Shown: positions 37,958 through 50,340 of the stretch, one piece after another
How the letters are laid out: each line of letters starts with the position of its first letter
How positions within the stretch are numbered: position 1 is the stretch's first letter
Assembly (NCBI GenBank): GCA_017654855.1
Contig: CM030333.1
Location: 2,170,001-2,234,000, forward strand
DNA length: 64,000 nt
From: Podospora anserina
Taxonomy: Eukaryota
Reading direction: 5' to 3'
Position numbers and translations under genes: made by a program
Notes under the pieces: generated by a model
What the model saw: only the letters and a program-made list of their open reading frames with translations
Told to the model about the DNA's origin: nothing
Databases searched by the model: none

Positions 37958-39543
37958 ATGACTAACCACAACCAAGCCGCTGGTGGCCCCGGGTCTTCAC
38001 TCTTTCAGGCCCGCCGCACCCGCCACGATCACGCTCACAGCAACCACTCTCCCATCCTCCTCAACCATCACAACCAGCACCGACACCTGCACCGGGAGTT
38101 CTCTCAATCGCTCGAGAACCCCCAACAACCACAACCGAACCACCACGCTCGTTCCCCTTCCGATGCGAAACTGCAGCCGCGCCAGGTCGTTGTCGTCCAA
38201 ACTGTTTCTGTCGTCCAATACGTTGATGCTACAGGCGCACTCGTTAGCCTTTCGACCCTTCGCTCGGATCCCGTCGCACCGTCGCCCATAGACACCCTCC
38301 CGGCAGCCGTCACTGCTGGCCTCACCACGCCCGACGACCTATTGCCCAGCGTGTCTCTCCCCGACCCGACGCTCGATCCCAGCCAGGATGGCACGCCGGC
38401 GCCCACGCCTCCGGCCGTGACCGAGCCCGAGTTCTCATCTTCCTTCCAGTCAACGTCCGTCGAGACGCTGACGTCCACTCCTTCTGGCATAACGCCACCG
38501 TTTCCCATATTGTCCTCGGGGAACTTCAACTCCTCGTCTAGTGCGTCTTGGATCTTTGCTCCTGTCCATGTTGACCTCAACTAACACCATGACCAGCGCG
38601 CCTACCGCCCACAATCTTTACAAACAGCACACTACCAGCTCTCTTTTCAAACTCCACCAGGACCTCGACGTCCTTCTTTCGTTCAACAACTTCATCTTCT
38701 TCTTTTACCAAGAGCAGCACCAGCTCGCGCACTCGACTGACTTCGACCACGACCTCGTCTGCCCCAACAGTAGTGATCAACGGGTTCGGCGATGATGCCG
38801 GCGGCGTAAGAGGCATCCCGGCACCGCAACCTACGGCCGACGACACTGGGTCTGATCCTGGCCCTGGACTGACCCCTGAGGCCAGAAACGCCGTGGTCGG
38901 TGGAGTGGTGGGCAGTGTTGCTGGTATCGCCATTGTGGCTTTGGTCTTGATGTTTTTCCTCAAGTGGAGGAAACAGCAGGGGCGAGGAATCATGCTGCTT
39001 GGGGATGGAGACAGCACAATTCGCGGCAGAGGTCTCGGATCCGGTCCATCATCTGGGCCCAGCGGAGGCGCAGGAAGAATGTCGCAGATCAGGTTCCCAT
39101 TCGCCGTTCCATCCGCACTTGCCAAGCTAAACGGAAACCGAGCCATCGAGGCGCCACCGACCGAACCACAAGAGAAGGGATTCTATCGCGTTTCTGGGAG
39201 GAAGTTGGTATCCGTCTTGGAGTCGGGGGGGGATGGATGGTCCGATCCGGATCCACGCAACAGTGTCGGCACGTCTTACTACAGGGACTCACAGGCCTTC
39301 CTCGAAAGTTCGAACCTCCCTCCTTTGCAACTAGGCTCACCGATGCGACCCGAAAGCGGTGTTATCGTTTACCACGACGGCCCAGCACGAACGCCAATTG
39401 AGGAGCACTCGCCTATGCCGGGCGGTCAACGTCGTTCCGCATTTCCCAATCTGCTCCAGGTCCAGGATCCCGTCGGTCGAAGTATCAACGTACAACACGC
39501 CGGATCTCGCGTCTCACAATCTCGATTCACCGAAGATTCATAG
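37958..39543 (+). CDS. Ser/Thr-rich single-pass membrane protein (Mid2/Wsc-like topology, unknown function); exons 37958-38540, 38597-39543; start uncertain
   Basis: Intron GTGCGT..ACTAAC..CAG joins two ORFs. Ser/Thr-rich ectodomain, TM helix VVGGVVGSVAGIAIVALVLMFFL followed by basic KWRK, and a cytoplasmic tail with GFYRVSGRKL. Confidence 0.75.
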
Positions 39544-39587
39544 CGTCTGAAAACAATAGCGCCTGAAAGCATAGCGTCTGAAAGCAT
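39540..39587. repeat. Triple tandem ~15-bp repeat overlapping the stop codon of the membrane-protein gene
   Basis: ATAGCGTCTGAAAACA / ATAGCGCCTGAAAGC / ATAGCGTCTGAAAGC. Confidence 0.85.
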
Positions 39588-40844
39588 CTGCGCTCATCTA
39601 CAGCGTAACACTTGTACATGCCCGCACACACCTACACCTATTCAATAATGTCTGGGTTTACCACTGGCGTCAGAGGGTTTGAGAGACAATACTCATATTT
39701 TTTTTCTTTCTAGAAGAGCGAGTTATCTTTGGCTTGTTGGTCTAGCCCCATTTTTCGATACCTTTTTGCTTGTCATCTTTTTGGATATACCAGAATCTAT
39801 TTTTTGCGATTTTCCGGTCAGACACAACAGCCGCAGGACCTCTTTTTACATGGATATACATTATTTGGGATGCGAGGTCTTGGGGGGCTGTGGGGTGCTG
39901 GTTTTGGAAATGTATTGGTTGCTTTTGTTTGGCTCGACTGGGAAGATGGAAATCAACTAGTCGCGTGGAACAGAAGATTTTTGGACTTGGAGGGTTATAA
40001 AAGGGATCGAAGAAGGAGAGCAAGCGGATGCGTATGGGGGGGTCTTTTATGTGTGTGTGTGTGTGTGTGGAAAACTTTTTTCTTGTATATATTGGGGCCT
40101 TTTTTATTTTGGCATGTTATTTGAATGTAGATGTTGAATGTGTTTACTTGTGGTGTCTTATGTCTATCTGGGGATTGAGCTTACTTACGTACACTTCCTC
40201 AACACTGCCACGCTTGTAGAAACATATACAATTGCAACTTGGACAATCGCAATTCAAGTTTCTAGCTTCAAACAGACAAGCAAGGCCGGCGCTTGAGTCT
40301 TGAAACTGGCCAAGACTTGCCCTTCCAATAGGTATCTGTAGTGCAAACACCCATCGTTGTTCTCAGATAGATAAAACCAGTATCATACCTACTCTCAACC
40401 TGCCAGAGGTGTCACTTTGTTCTACCTGGCAGCTTATTTTCTACCAAGACAGTTTCTTGCAAGATGTTGGAAAACGTGCTTGACGAGCTTCCAAATCCCA
40501 GCCGTGACATGTAACCATTATCCTGCCACAAAATCAACTCTACAACTCTCAAAATACGCACCAAAAAAGATACAAAACGTCACTTGCAAATCAAAGCTTA
40601 GACAAGGTCCAGTCGTCACACAAGTCACCTCAACCAAGTCACAAATAAAAGAAACAAATATCATGTATCACACCTCCCCCCCTCCCCTCCACCCCATCCT
40701 ATCTCAACTAGCTTGCTATACAAACGTTTCCTCTACCTATACAACTCCCCCCTGCCTCTTTCATCAGAATAAAACCTATCCCACTCCCCTGAATAATATC
40801 CACCTCCCCTACTCTAACCGTCATGATATCCATCACCACCCGGT

Positions 40845-43800
40845 CTAACACTGCCTCTTAACCCCACTAAACATCTCCTCCGCCGCCCTCCACATACTAC
40901 TCGTATCTCCATTCCCATCAGCCCCATCCCCACGGTCCCTATCCCTATGCCTGGGTGGTACAGGCGGAGGCGGAAAAGGCAAGATCTCCGCAGGATACTC
41001 CTCATCCATATCATACGGACTCCCCGCACTACTCCTACTGTTCTCAATACTACCAATAGCACTGCTCGCCTCCCTCGGCAAACCTCTAAACCTTCTCTTC
41101 ATCCTTTCCGTAAAACTTTCCTCTCCTGCTTGTCTTTGCTCAACCTGCTGCAGTTCTAAAGATGGCATCGGGCTGAGAGAAGGACTGTGGACGGGTTTCT
41201 TCTGTCCGTTCCAACTGGGGTGAAGAGACAAGGTGTTTTGTTCCGGTTGTAAATACTGACGCTGTTGCTCCGGCGCCTCAATAACAACCGCCGGCTGGTT
41301 ATACCCACTCACCACCTCCCCCTTCTGTTCCCAACCCCCAACCTCATCATACCCCCCAGTATAACACTCCTCCATAAAATCATCCACCCCATCCAACACC
41401 CCTACTCCCTCCCCCTCACCACCCACCTCCCTGGCCCTCCTCGCCCGTTCCCTAACCCTCTCAAACATCCCAACCCTCTCCTCCGCCTTCTCCGCCCTCC
41501 CCTTCCACACATCCCTCTCCATTTCCACCTCCCTCAACCTCTCCCTCAACCTCTCGCACTCCTCCCCGACATCCGCCTTGACAACCAACTCCCTCGTCAA
41601 CTGCGTAATCTGCCCCGACTTTTCCACCAACTGCATCTGCAAACTGCGAATCTGAGCCTCCAGAGCAATCGTCTGCGATTTCTGCCGGCCGGCACTCCGC
41701 TCCTCTTCTTCCTGCTGTTGCTCAGGAAACCCTGGATGGTCACCAAAACTCGAAGCTCTAGAAGGTGCAGACCACTTCTCCTTGACCGTGACGTGTGAGT
41801 CGTCATCGTTTCTTGTAGTCCGGGAAAAGCTGACACGGTGCTTCGGTGTAGTAACCTCTGAACTCGGCCTACGAGGTGCCTCCCGCTCAGGAGGAGCCGG
41901 TGTCACCACCATCTCCTCATCCACCCCCTTTTCCGCACCCGCAACAACCCCAGTAGCCTTCGCCTTCTCCATCGCAGCCTCAAGCTCATCGCTACCCTCC
42001 CCCACAACCCCCGGCATCTTCTCAACCTCAACCGGACTCCTCAACCTCCCCGGACTCGCCCCCCAAACAGCCGCAGCCTCCATACTCCCCTTCGACCTCC
42101 TCACCGGCACAACAGGCGGCACCAACGTCCGTCCCCTCTCCACCACCTCCCCTGGCATACTCTCAGACTTCCTCATCTCAATCTGCTTAACCGGACAAGC
42201 TGACGGCGGCGGCTTCAACGGCGACATCGACTTCGACGGCGAAACCCCCTTCCTCGGCGAAGGGTTAACCGTATACTGCGCCAACACCCCACTCGGCTTC
42301 AAATCAAGGCTTCCCCCCCCAACCTTCTGCATAGGCGACGGCACAAACGCCTCCTCTTTGCTCGCGCTCTCAAACATCGCCGCCATGGCCTTGACCGCGC
42401 TGCCGACTGACGTGACCGGTCTCAGGTAATGCTGCACCGTGGTACCAGGGGTAGCAGCGACAGGAGTAGTAGACTCGGCGATCGTCGTTGCCCGCTTGTC
42501 AGGGCTCTGCTGCGGTGTCTTGGGTAGAGGAGACGACTTCTTCTTGCGTGCATTGTCCAGCCTCGAGAGTCTCTTCTCCCTAATATCACCACTACTCGTC
42601 GTGCTGATGACCTTATCATCATCATGCGAAGTGGTGCTCATGGATGTCCTAGTTTGCGACGACCTCCTCTCCTTTCCGATCTGCTGCCTTCTCTCCCCGG
42701 CGGTGGGAGATCCTCCGGGCTGCTCTGACGACCCAAGAGACTTGCGCGAGCGAAAGGGTATGAATCGTGGACTTGTCGGCTGAGCAGAGGGACTCTCAGT
42801 ATCCGTTGAAGCACCCCGGTGCCTTGATCGCCAGGCAGCAAGCCTGGACCGTTTCTGTCCAGAGACATCGCTCCGCGGTAAATCATCTCGCAGACCCTTA
42901 TTTTCCACCCGAGCTGGCGAAGACACAGTAAAGGACCCCGGAACGACTATCGGTCTTGCAGTATCTTGAGATGATCCTCTTTGGTGGTCTTCGGAACTCC
43001 GGTCCCTGCTCCGAGCACTGCTGAAGGAACCAGATGGTCTTTTTACTCGACAACCCTTATTTTTGGTACGTTGAGGTCCTCCTGTATTTCCTGTATTCAT
43101 CTCTGCCGTATCCTTAAACTGGTCATCATTGTCTGCTCGTTTGTTCAAACTCAGCTGACTCAACTGCTTCTTCTCCGCTCTCATGCTTCCCGTCACGTCG
43201 TTCTTAAATCGGATGGAATCTGCGGAGATCACGAGTCGACGTCTGGCCGTCGGAGTCGGAGAGGCAGGAGAGGGCCCTCTCGGCATCTCGGGGACGTTCA
43301 TGCTGATGTTGTCTGGAGTGGGATAACGAGTACCTGCTGTTCCGGCGCCGGTTGACGAGCTCGTCAGCACTGATTCTCCTGGAGCCCAAGGTGGGGGTCG
43401 TTGGCGAAGAGAGAGAGGCTCCTCCATGGCCGCATACTGAACGGTTTCCAAAGGAGCGGGAGGGTATCCATACATCTGCTCACCAGCGGCATCGTGGTAA
43501 TTCTGATTATGGTGATGGCCCGTCAGGGATGTTGCTTCCGGGTCCGCGAGCGATGGCTCCTCAGCAGTGGGCGACAACAACGGCATGGAGGCCATCGCGC
43601 CAACTCGATGTTGGGACGAAGAGCGAGCATTCCCAGTCCTTGGCCGTTGCCGCTGCACCGAAAGTGAAGACCGGCTCATCCCGAGTCGTCCCGGCCCTCC
43701 ACCGGATGCTCGTCCTTCCGCCTAGTTAGCCAACCGTCCCGAGTCTAGCAGCCATCCGGAGGAAGTAGACTTACTAGCGTCAGGAGTAGGACTAGGCGGA

Positions 43801-45754
43801 ATAGGTGATCCTCCTTCTTCGGATTGCCTCGAGTGACGATTTCTCAACCCGCTCCCCCATTCCGCAGGCTTTCTCACCACAAACGACTCAGACGCAGAAG
43901 GTCTGAGCCCACCAGCCTTGTCCTGCAGAGACTCCTGCTGCCGGTAGTGATGCCGAGCATGCTGCTCCGAGATTGCCGTCGGGCTGGACTTGAGCACGTC
44001 CAGGTTCTTCATATGCTTGACAACCTCCCGCCAGTGCACAATCAGCATCTCAGCAATGCTGTTCGCAACATGTATCTTGTCAACAGACAACGCCCCTCGC
44101 CGCGAATGACTAGCCTCCGTATCCGTGGACGTTTTACACTTCCTCCTCTCTCGTCTGGCAGCAGGTGGCGTAACAGGAAACAACACCAGCCCCTGCTTTG
44201 GATTCGCAATCCTCATCGTATATCCATGAATCAAATCCCCCACCAGCAACGGCCCAAACACAATCCCTAAAGCGTTATACCCCATCAAATCCGCCGTAGG
44301 CAGCGGCCGTCCCAGTTCATCCTCCCTGGGAGTCTTCTCCGCCGTCCTCCCAATCAAACACAGCAACCCAAACACAGCACAAATCAACTCCCTCCGAAAC
44401 TGCGACTTGACCGTGCCAATAGCAAGCGCAATCAACCTCGCCCTCAACTTCGTCTGCTTCGTCCTCGGAAACTCGGGATCCCCCTTCAGCTGACTGTGAA
44501 TAGCCACCAAGGCATCAAACAAGGCCAAACTCCCCAATATACCCCCCGGCAGCCCCGCCAGCAACCGTTTAAACGTCGAGGCCACATCGTGCGTCCCAAC
44601 CTTGATATGACTCGGCAGATTCGGACACCGAATCGTACTCGCAATCTCGTCCTTGTCCCCCTCGGCACAGCAATAATACTCATACAGCGCATTCACTACC
44701 CTCACCGATCCCGGAATGCGAAACACCCCCTGAGTATCCGCCGCATGCTGAACCAGATATTGCGCCGTCGCCCGAAAGCACGTCGGCAGCACCAGCGATC
44801 CCGCCGCATACTCGCTCGGCAGATACAAGAAGCTCTTCCCGCACAGCCTCACCAAGCTCTGCAGGTCCTCATCCTTGAGCGAATCCCTCCTCATCATCAC
44901 CCCATTCACCAAATGCATGGCCAAATCACTCACGCTCCTCTTATGCTTCACCATCTTCTTCCCCTTTTGATCCTCCCCCCCTTCCGCCCCCGTCGTAGTC
45001 ATCGACCGCCCACTCAAACTCGCAACCCCACTCCCACCCGAGACCTGCCTCCCCAGAAACGTCCTCGAAAACCAACTCCTCTTTGAACAATGTCGATTAT
45101 TCTCCTGCTGCTGCAAAGGCGACCTATCCGGCTGTTGCCCTTGTCAGCCCCCCTCCTCACCCAACAACAACAACAATCACCAAGAAACAAACCTACCGAC
45201 TCTTGCCCTCCCCCCCCACCTTCAACCACCACAATCCCCCTAACCCCATACTTCGCCGCCAACCGGTTATACTCCCCCACAAACTCGCTCCTATCCCCCA
45301 CCTCATCCGTATCGCTCAACCCCCCCAAATCCCCGCTCGAGCTCGTCCACGTCGCACTGCTATCATTCCCTCCTCCCCTTCCACCACCAAAAGTCGCCGA
45401 GTGCGGAAGCGGTAGCTGTAACCTTCTAGGTCCTATCCCAGGTCCAAACCCACCGCCAACCGGTGAACTCTGAAAGTTCCCCCCACTGCTGAACGACCGT
45501 CCTCCCGCGAGATTGGATGGCTGGTGGGTTTCGAGGGAGGCATACCTCGACGACGACAGTGACGGCCCCGCCTCGTCAATATCTGATAAAGGTTCGTGGG
45601 TGTTGTTGTCATCCTCCTCCTCCTGATCAAGCGACTCGCTCGACCAGGTCCGTTCCATCCGAGCGCGTCGACCTTCGTCCCCATGACGAGGAGGCGGAGA
45701 AGAACCGCCGAACCGGAGGGTTTGTTGATGGTGCTGCTGCTGTTGCTGCATCAT
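40845..45754 (-). CDS. Large RhoGAP-domain protein with long disordered region and C-terminal coiled coil; exons 45754-45197, 45131-43775, 43714-40845
   Basis: RhoGAP core LPTCFRATAQYL..QGVFRIPGS (arginine finger)..HDVASTFKRLLAGLPGGIL..MGYNALGIVFGPLL. Introns GTAGGT..GCTGAC..CAG and GTAAGT..GCTAAC..AAG link three ORFs in frame. Confidence 0.8.
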
Positions 45755-46312
45755 CTCGTTTGTTGTATCCAGTAAACGACAAGGGAAATAGCAAACAATC
45801 GAATCGGAGGGAGGAAGAGCGCAGGATAAAAGTATTATTCAACACACACACACACACACACTCACACACATACACACACACGAGAAAGATGAACAGACCC
45901 CAAAAACAGGATTGTCTTCAGCAGACGGTCTGTCTTTCCCCCCATGCTTCCAAACAAAGGAAAGAAAGAGATTGTGTCAAGGTCAAAATTAGAAAGAAGA
46001 CCTGATGGTGTGCATCATCTCCTTGTGCAGGCAGGTAGGTGCATCTGCAAGCTGCTGCAACAACAAAGAGGCAGGCAGGCAGGTACCTAGCAACGCTAGT
46101 GTGTCAGTTACCTTAGGCTTCTCCCCTCTGCTGCTTCCCGTTTTGCATGTTTGACTTCCAGGTTGTTCAGTTCAGGCAGGAGGAATTGGATGCCCCTTCC
46201 AACAAACGGAAGAAGGAGGGACCGTGGGCGAGTAAAGTGTGGCTGGTGGGAAAGCTTCAAAGGGTCAAGGGGAACAGACACCACATAAAACATGTCACAA
46301 ATCTCAATTAAT

Positions 46313-46316
<4 letters not shown>

Positions 46317-46350
<34 letters not shown>
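46317..46350. repeat. (AG)n microsatellite
   Basis: Seen directly, downstream of SNF4. Confidence 0.9.
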
Positions 46351-46591
46351 GGAGGGAGGGGGAGAGAGTCAGAGTCAAAGTCAGAGAGAAACAAAAAGTC
46401 TATACCGTGGGGTAAAAAATAGAACAGAATATGCAACCATGGTATTCCTTGTCCACATCCGGCCCGTGACGCCATGCAAATGCAAATCAAAATAAATCGG
46501 AGTCAAGCATAACCCAAGAGGCCTGGTGAGGGACACAGGGTAGATACTGGTCCCCGTTCCAAATATTATCATGCCCATGCCGCCCCCCGAC

Positions 46592-48276
46592 CTAATTCCC
46601 CCGAATATCGTCGTCCTCCTCGCCATAGAGCAAAACATACTTTAGAATGTCCGATAGTGAAATGATGCCCTTGAGACGGTTATCGTCATCCACCACAATC
46701 AACCGATGCACCCTTGACTTCCGAATTGTGTCAAAGATGGCATCCAGCCGGTCATCCTCATTGCACGTGTAGATGCCACCGAATTCTTCGGCCCGTCTGG
46801 ACAGCGCCTCGCCCACCGTGGCGCTCAGCTCGTCGTAGGCGCCACCCTTGATGCAGGGTATCACATCGACCGCCTCAAACAGGTTCAGAACCCTGTTGTC
46901 CTTGTCGATGATGGGCACCGCCGAGATGTTGTACTTGACCATGAGGTGAATAACGTCGAGAACCGAACTGCCCATGGTGGCCGTCGCCAGGTCCTTGTAG
47001 GTGCCCAGCCCAAGCTCTCGGACGGGCTTTTTCAGCAACATGGTGTATTGTTCGTTGTTGACGGCGATGAACTTGAGGATGCGGTACTGCGTGATGACGC
47101 TGACAACCATCTCCCTTCCCGTCTCGTCGTCCCGATCTACCAATGGGATCCTCCTGGCTCTCGTTTTGAGCATGCGCCGACATGCCTCATACAAGGGGCG
47201 CATAGGATGGACCGACACCGTTTCGAGCGGCAGCACGCCAATCGCCCTTTCAATGTCTGCCGCCTTCATTTTAGCCCCCGTCTCTCCTAGAAAACCTCCT
47301 TTGCGGCGGCCACCTACCTCGAAGACTGCTCAGGCGGAACTGATCGATGTGCGCAATCTCGTCAGGGAACTGGCAGTAGTACTGAATGACATTGATAAAG
47401 TCGGTGCTCGTCAGCAGGCCGGCAAAGGCTGAGTTCTGCGAATCCCAGAGCGGCGCTGACACGATGCCTGCATGTTCAACCCGGAGTCAGTACGTCATGG
47501 GGTAGCAGAGGGCGTCAAGGAGGGGTCCGCGAACCGTTTTGTATGAGAATGTTCAAGCTCTTCTTGATGAGCAGGTTGTTATCGAGCACAACCAAACGGA
47601 AGGACAGAGGCAAGACATCGTAACTCGTCCGGACCTTGAGGAACTCGCGCACCCCTCTCTGTTTGTCCAAAACCACGCGTTAGCTTCCATGTCGAGGCCA
47701 TCAGGGTCTGCTGCAGCCCATGGCCGGAACCCCGCATCAGCAGCAGTTGCATTGCGAGGTTGGGAGCGCAGGGAGACAGCGGGGTTCGTTCCCAGCCAGG
47801 CGGGTTGGGCGCGTGGCCATTCGGAACATGGGGAGGATGGGTCGATGTATGTTTGAACATGTGTGCCAGGCAGGCCGGGCTGTCTATGTATGTATATACA
47901 TGTATATCATGTGTGTATCATGTGTGTGTCTGGGTGCGCGTGGATGGGAAGGGCGCGGGGGTTGACAGGCTGGGCAAGGGGGGGGGGCACGATGGGTGTT
48001 AGATAGATAAATGCTCACCAGACCCTGCATCTGCTCCTTGTCCAGCGGACCTGAGGCTCTATTATCCGACATTGTGCGACTGATGGGCTTTGGACGCAAG
48101 TAGGAGGACGGGGCCGCGACAAAGGGGAGCTCGTGACCATGTCGCAGCGGCAGCGGGCCACTGGAATTGGTTCCAGCCGCAGAGGTTGTGGTGGGAGAGG
48201 AGGCAACAGGAGCACTGCCCTCGGTGGCAGGTCCAGGATGTGCCTTTTCGGCGGGCGTACGAGTGTCGTCTTCCAT
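46592..48276 (-). CDS. snf4: SNF1/AMPK gamma subunit SNF4 (CBS domains); exons 48276-48019, 47658-47535, 47467-47318, 47256-46592
   Basis: [75 protein letters not shown] and [18 protein letters not shown]. Three GT..AG introns. Confidence 0.93.
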
Positions 48277-50340
48277 TATCGTGATGGTGGAACGTGGCCG
48301 CACATAGGGAGGGACTCTGCTGTTCCGCGGCCGGTGCGCTTCGCCAGGCGCAAAAAAAGGAAACTTGTCTCTGGGGTCCAAGTTCCAGACAGAGCAAGCC
48401 TCCTTTGCGGTGGAAAGTGTTGTTGTGTTGCCGCCCAGCGGGACCGAGGACCGGAGGTAGTCGAGAAGGGGCAGACCAGGAGGGAGGGAGAAAGAGAGAA
48501 CAAAGGGAGCTGCAGCCACTCTCTGTCCAGATGCTCGCTAGGCCAGGAACAAGACCTCTCTTGTCTGGAAACTTGTGATACAACGGGGCGGGCACTTGGA
48601 GAGTTTTATCGGGCAACAGTTCCAGAGCTGCTTGGCTCTGCTTTGCCCGATAAGAAATAATAAGGTGCGACGCTATACCGCTGGATACCTGCGATTAGTG
48701 CATGTGGATGCCGATCCGTCCTGTGGCTTGGGGCTGTGGCTCCGGCACGCCATTTCGATATGTCATGGCTTGGTTCAAAGAGCCACAACCTTCTGGCACT
48801 GCGCTGCTGATTACCAGAGTGAGATGTCATATTTTCATGTCTACACAGTGTTGTCAAGTGATCTAATTCCATGGTCTGGATGAAGCTCCTCTGGTTCAAC
48901 CACTGACAGCTCCCTATCTCGAGATGCACAAGGTGGGGCACACCGAGGGTAGAGGGGCTGGTCCAAACGTCTGGAGGATTGTGATACAAAATCAAGCAGG
49001 TTATAAGTCGTCAAAAGCTATATGTGCTAGTTAATCCATCCGTCTTGGTCGATTTCAATACGCTGTCACAGGGTCCAAATGTGAAAATGTTCAAAATGTG
49101 ATGGTGATGAGTCTCGGGATTAGAGGAACGGAACTTTTGCCCCGCCATTCCCAAGCATGACTTCATTGCCTGTGGCCTTCATCCTTCCCACCTTGGGCAC
49201 GGCAACATATAGCCTTCTTGGAGGATTGCGGTGCCTTATGGGATGAACCTTGGAGTATTTGCAGGTTTCATGGTGTACTCATCCCACAACAGCGTCCAAA
49301 ATATTGGATTGTGTTTTATGCGCGTAGAGTTTTCTGGATGGCCATCAAAGATCACCGCAGGATGCTCTGAAACAGGTATGCCGAAGCCGAAGATCGGGGC
49401 CGTTCACAGATGCATACATAGATTGCAGGTGCTCCATGGATATGCGCCACAACCGCTGTAAATTGTGTCTCGTAATTGATGCTCCCTGAGCCATATGCCA
49501 CTCTTGTGCTCCTAGAGTAGCAGCCTTCTATGTCCTACAATATCTGCTTGGCCATTGGCTAGACAGTCCAATTTTTGATATGGAGTCGATTTCATCTTCT
49601 GGGGAAGCGAGCCGAACTCTCCACACTTGCCAAGTGGAACAAGGCCTGATAAGCCAATGTTCAGATGTTGACGTAGGTAATCCATCCCCGACGGTCGTCT
49701 CGGAGTGAGGCTGTCAGGAGAGGGCAGACATGTTCGTCTGGAAGGGCGGGAGGCGGGAGGCGGGAGGCGGGGAGGTGGTGGTCGGTGAAGGTGGTGAGCC
49801 TGACGTGCCTGACCGGCAACACGTTGTCGTTCTTGAGCTGTCACAGCTTCCAGGGCTCTGTCGCCAACTCATGTTGGGTGAGTGGGTTGCCGTTGCCGAG
49901 CTGCAGGGTACAAAGGTACAACATCAAGCAGCGCACAGGCCACAGCAACCCCAGAAGCTGTGTTGGATAAGGCAGCGTCGATTCGATGACATGAGCGCCT
50001 CCCATTGTGCGTGTGTGCGTGTGCCGTGCGATTCCCTGGTGATCCAGGTCCCCCAAACAACAAACAACATCGGCCTCGGCAGCCCAACGCCTGCCAACTC
50101 AACCTGACCGCTAGGTACTGGCCGCCACTGTGAACCCCATCAAACTCCCCATTCGAGGGCCATGTTTCTTTGATATCTTTTCTCTTGTTGCACATCCCGC
50201 TCCCTTCCGCTGCAAGCCAGCGACAGCCGCCAAACGACCGAGCTTGCTTTTCAATACCTACACCACACCAGACAAACCCCGACATCATCTCACCCCGAGC
50301 CTTCGAACTCGGACCCCTTGGCGCTCTTCCATCAGCCGCC

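Noticed and set aside
48277..48519. In-frame upstream GTG extensions of SNF4 (48519) and eIF2B delta (55636)
   Set aside because: Downstream ATGs have good context, and the extensions look like ordinary pyrimidine-rich leaders. No evidence without Ribo-seq.
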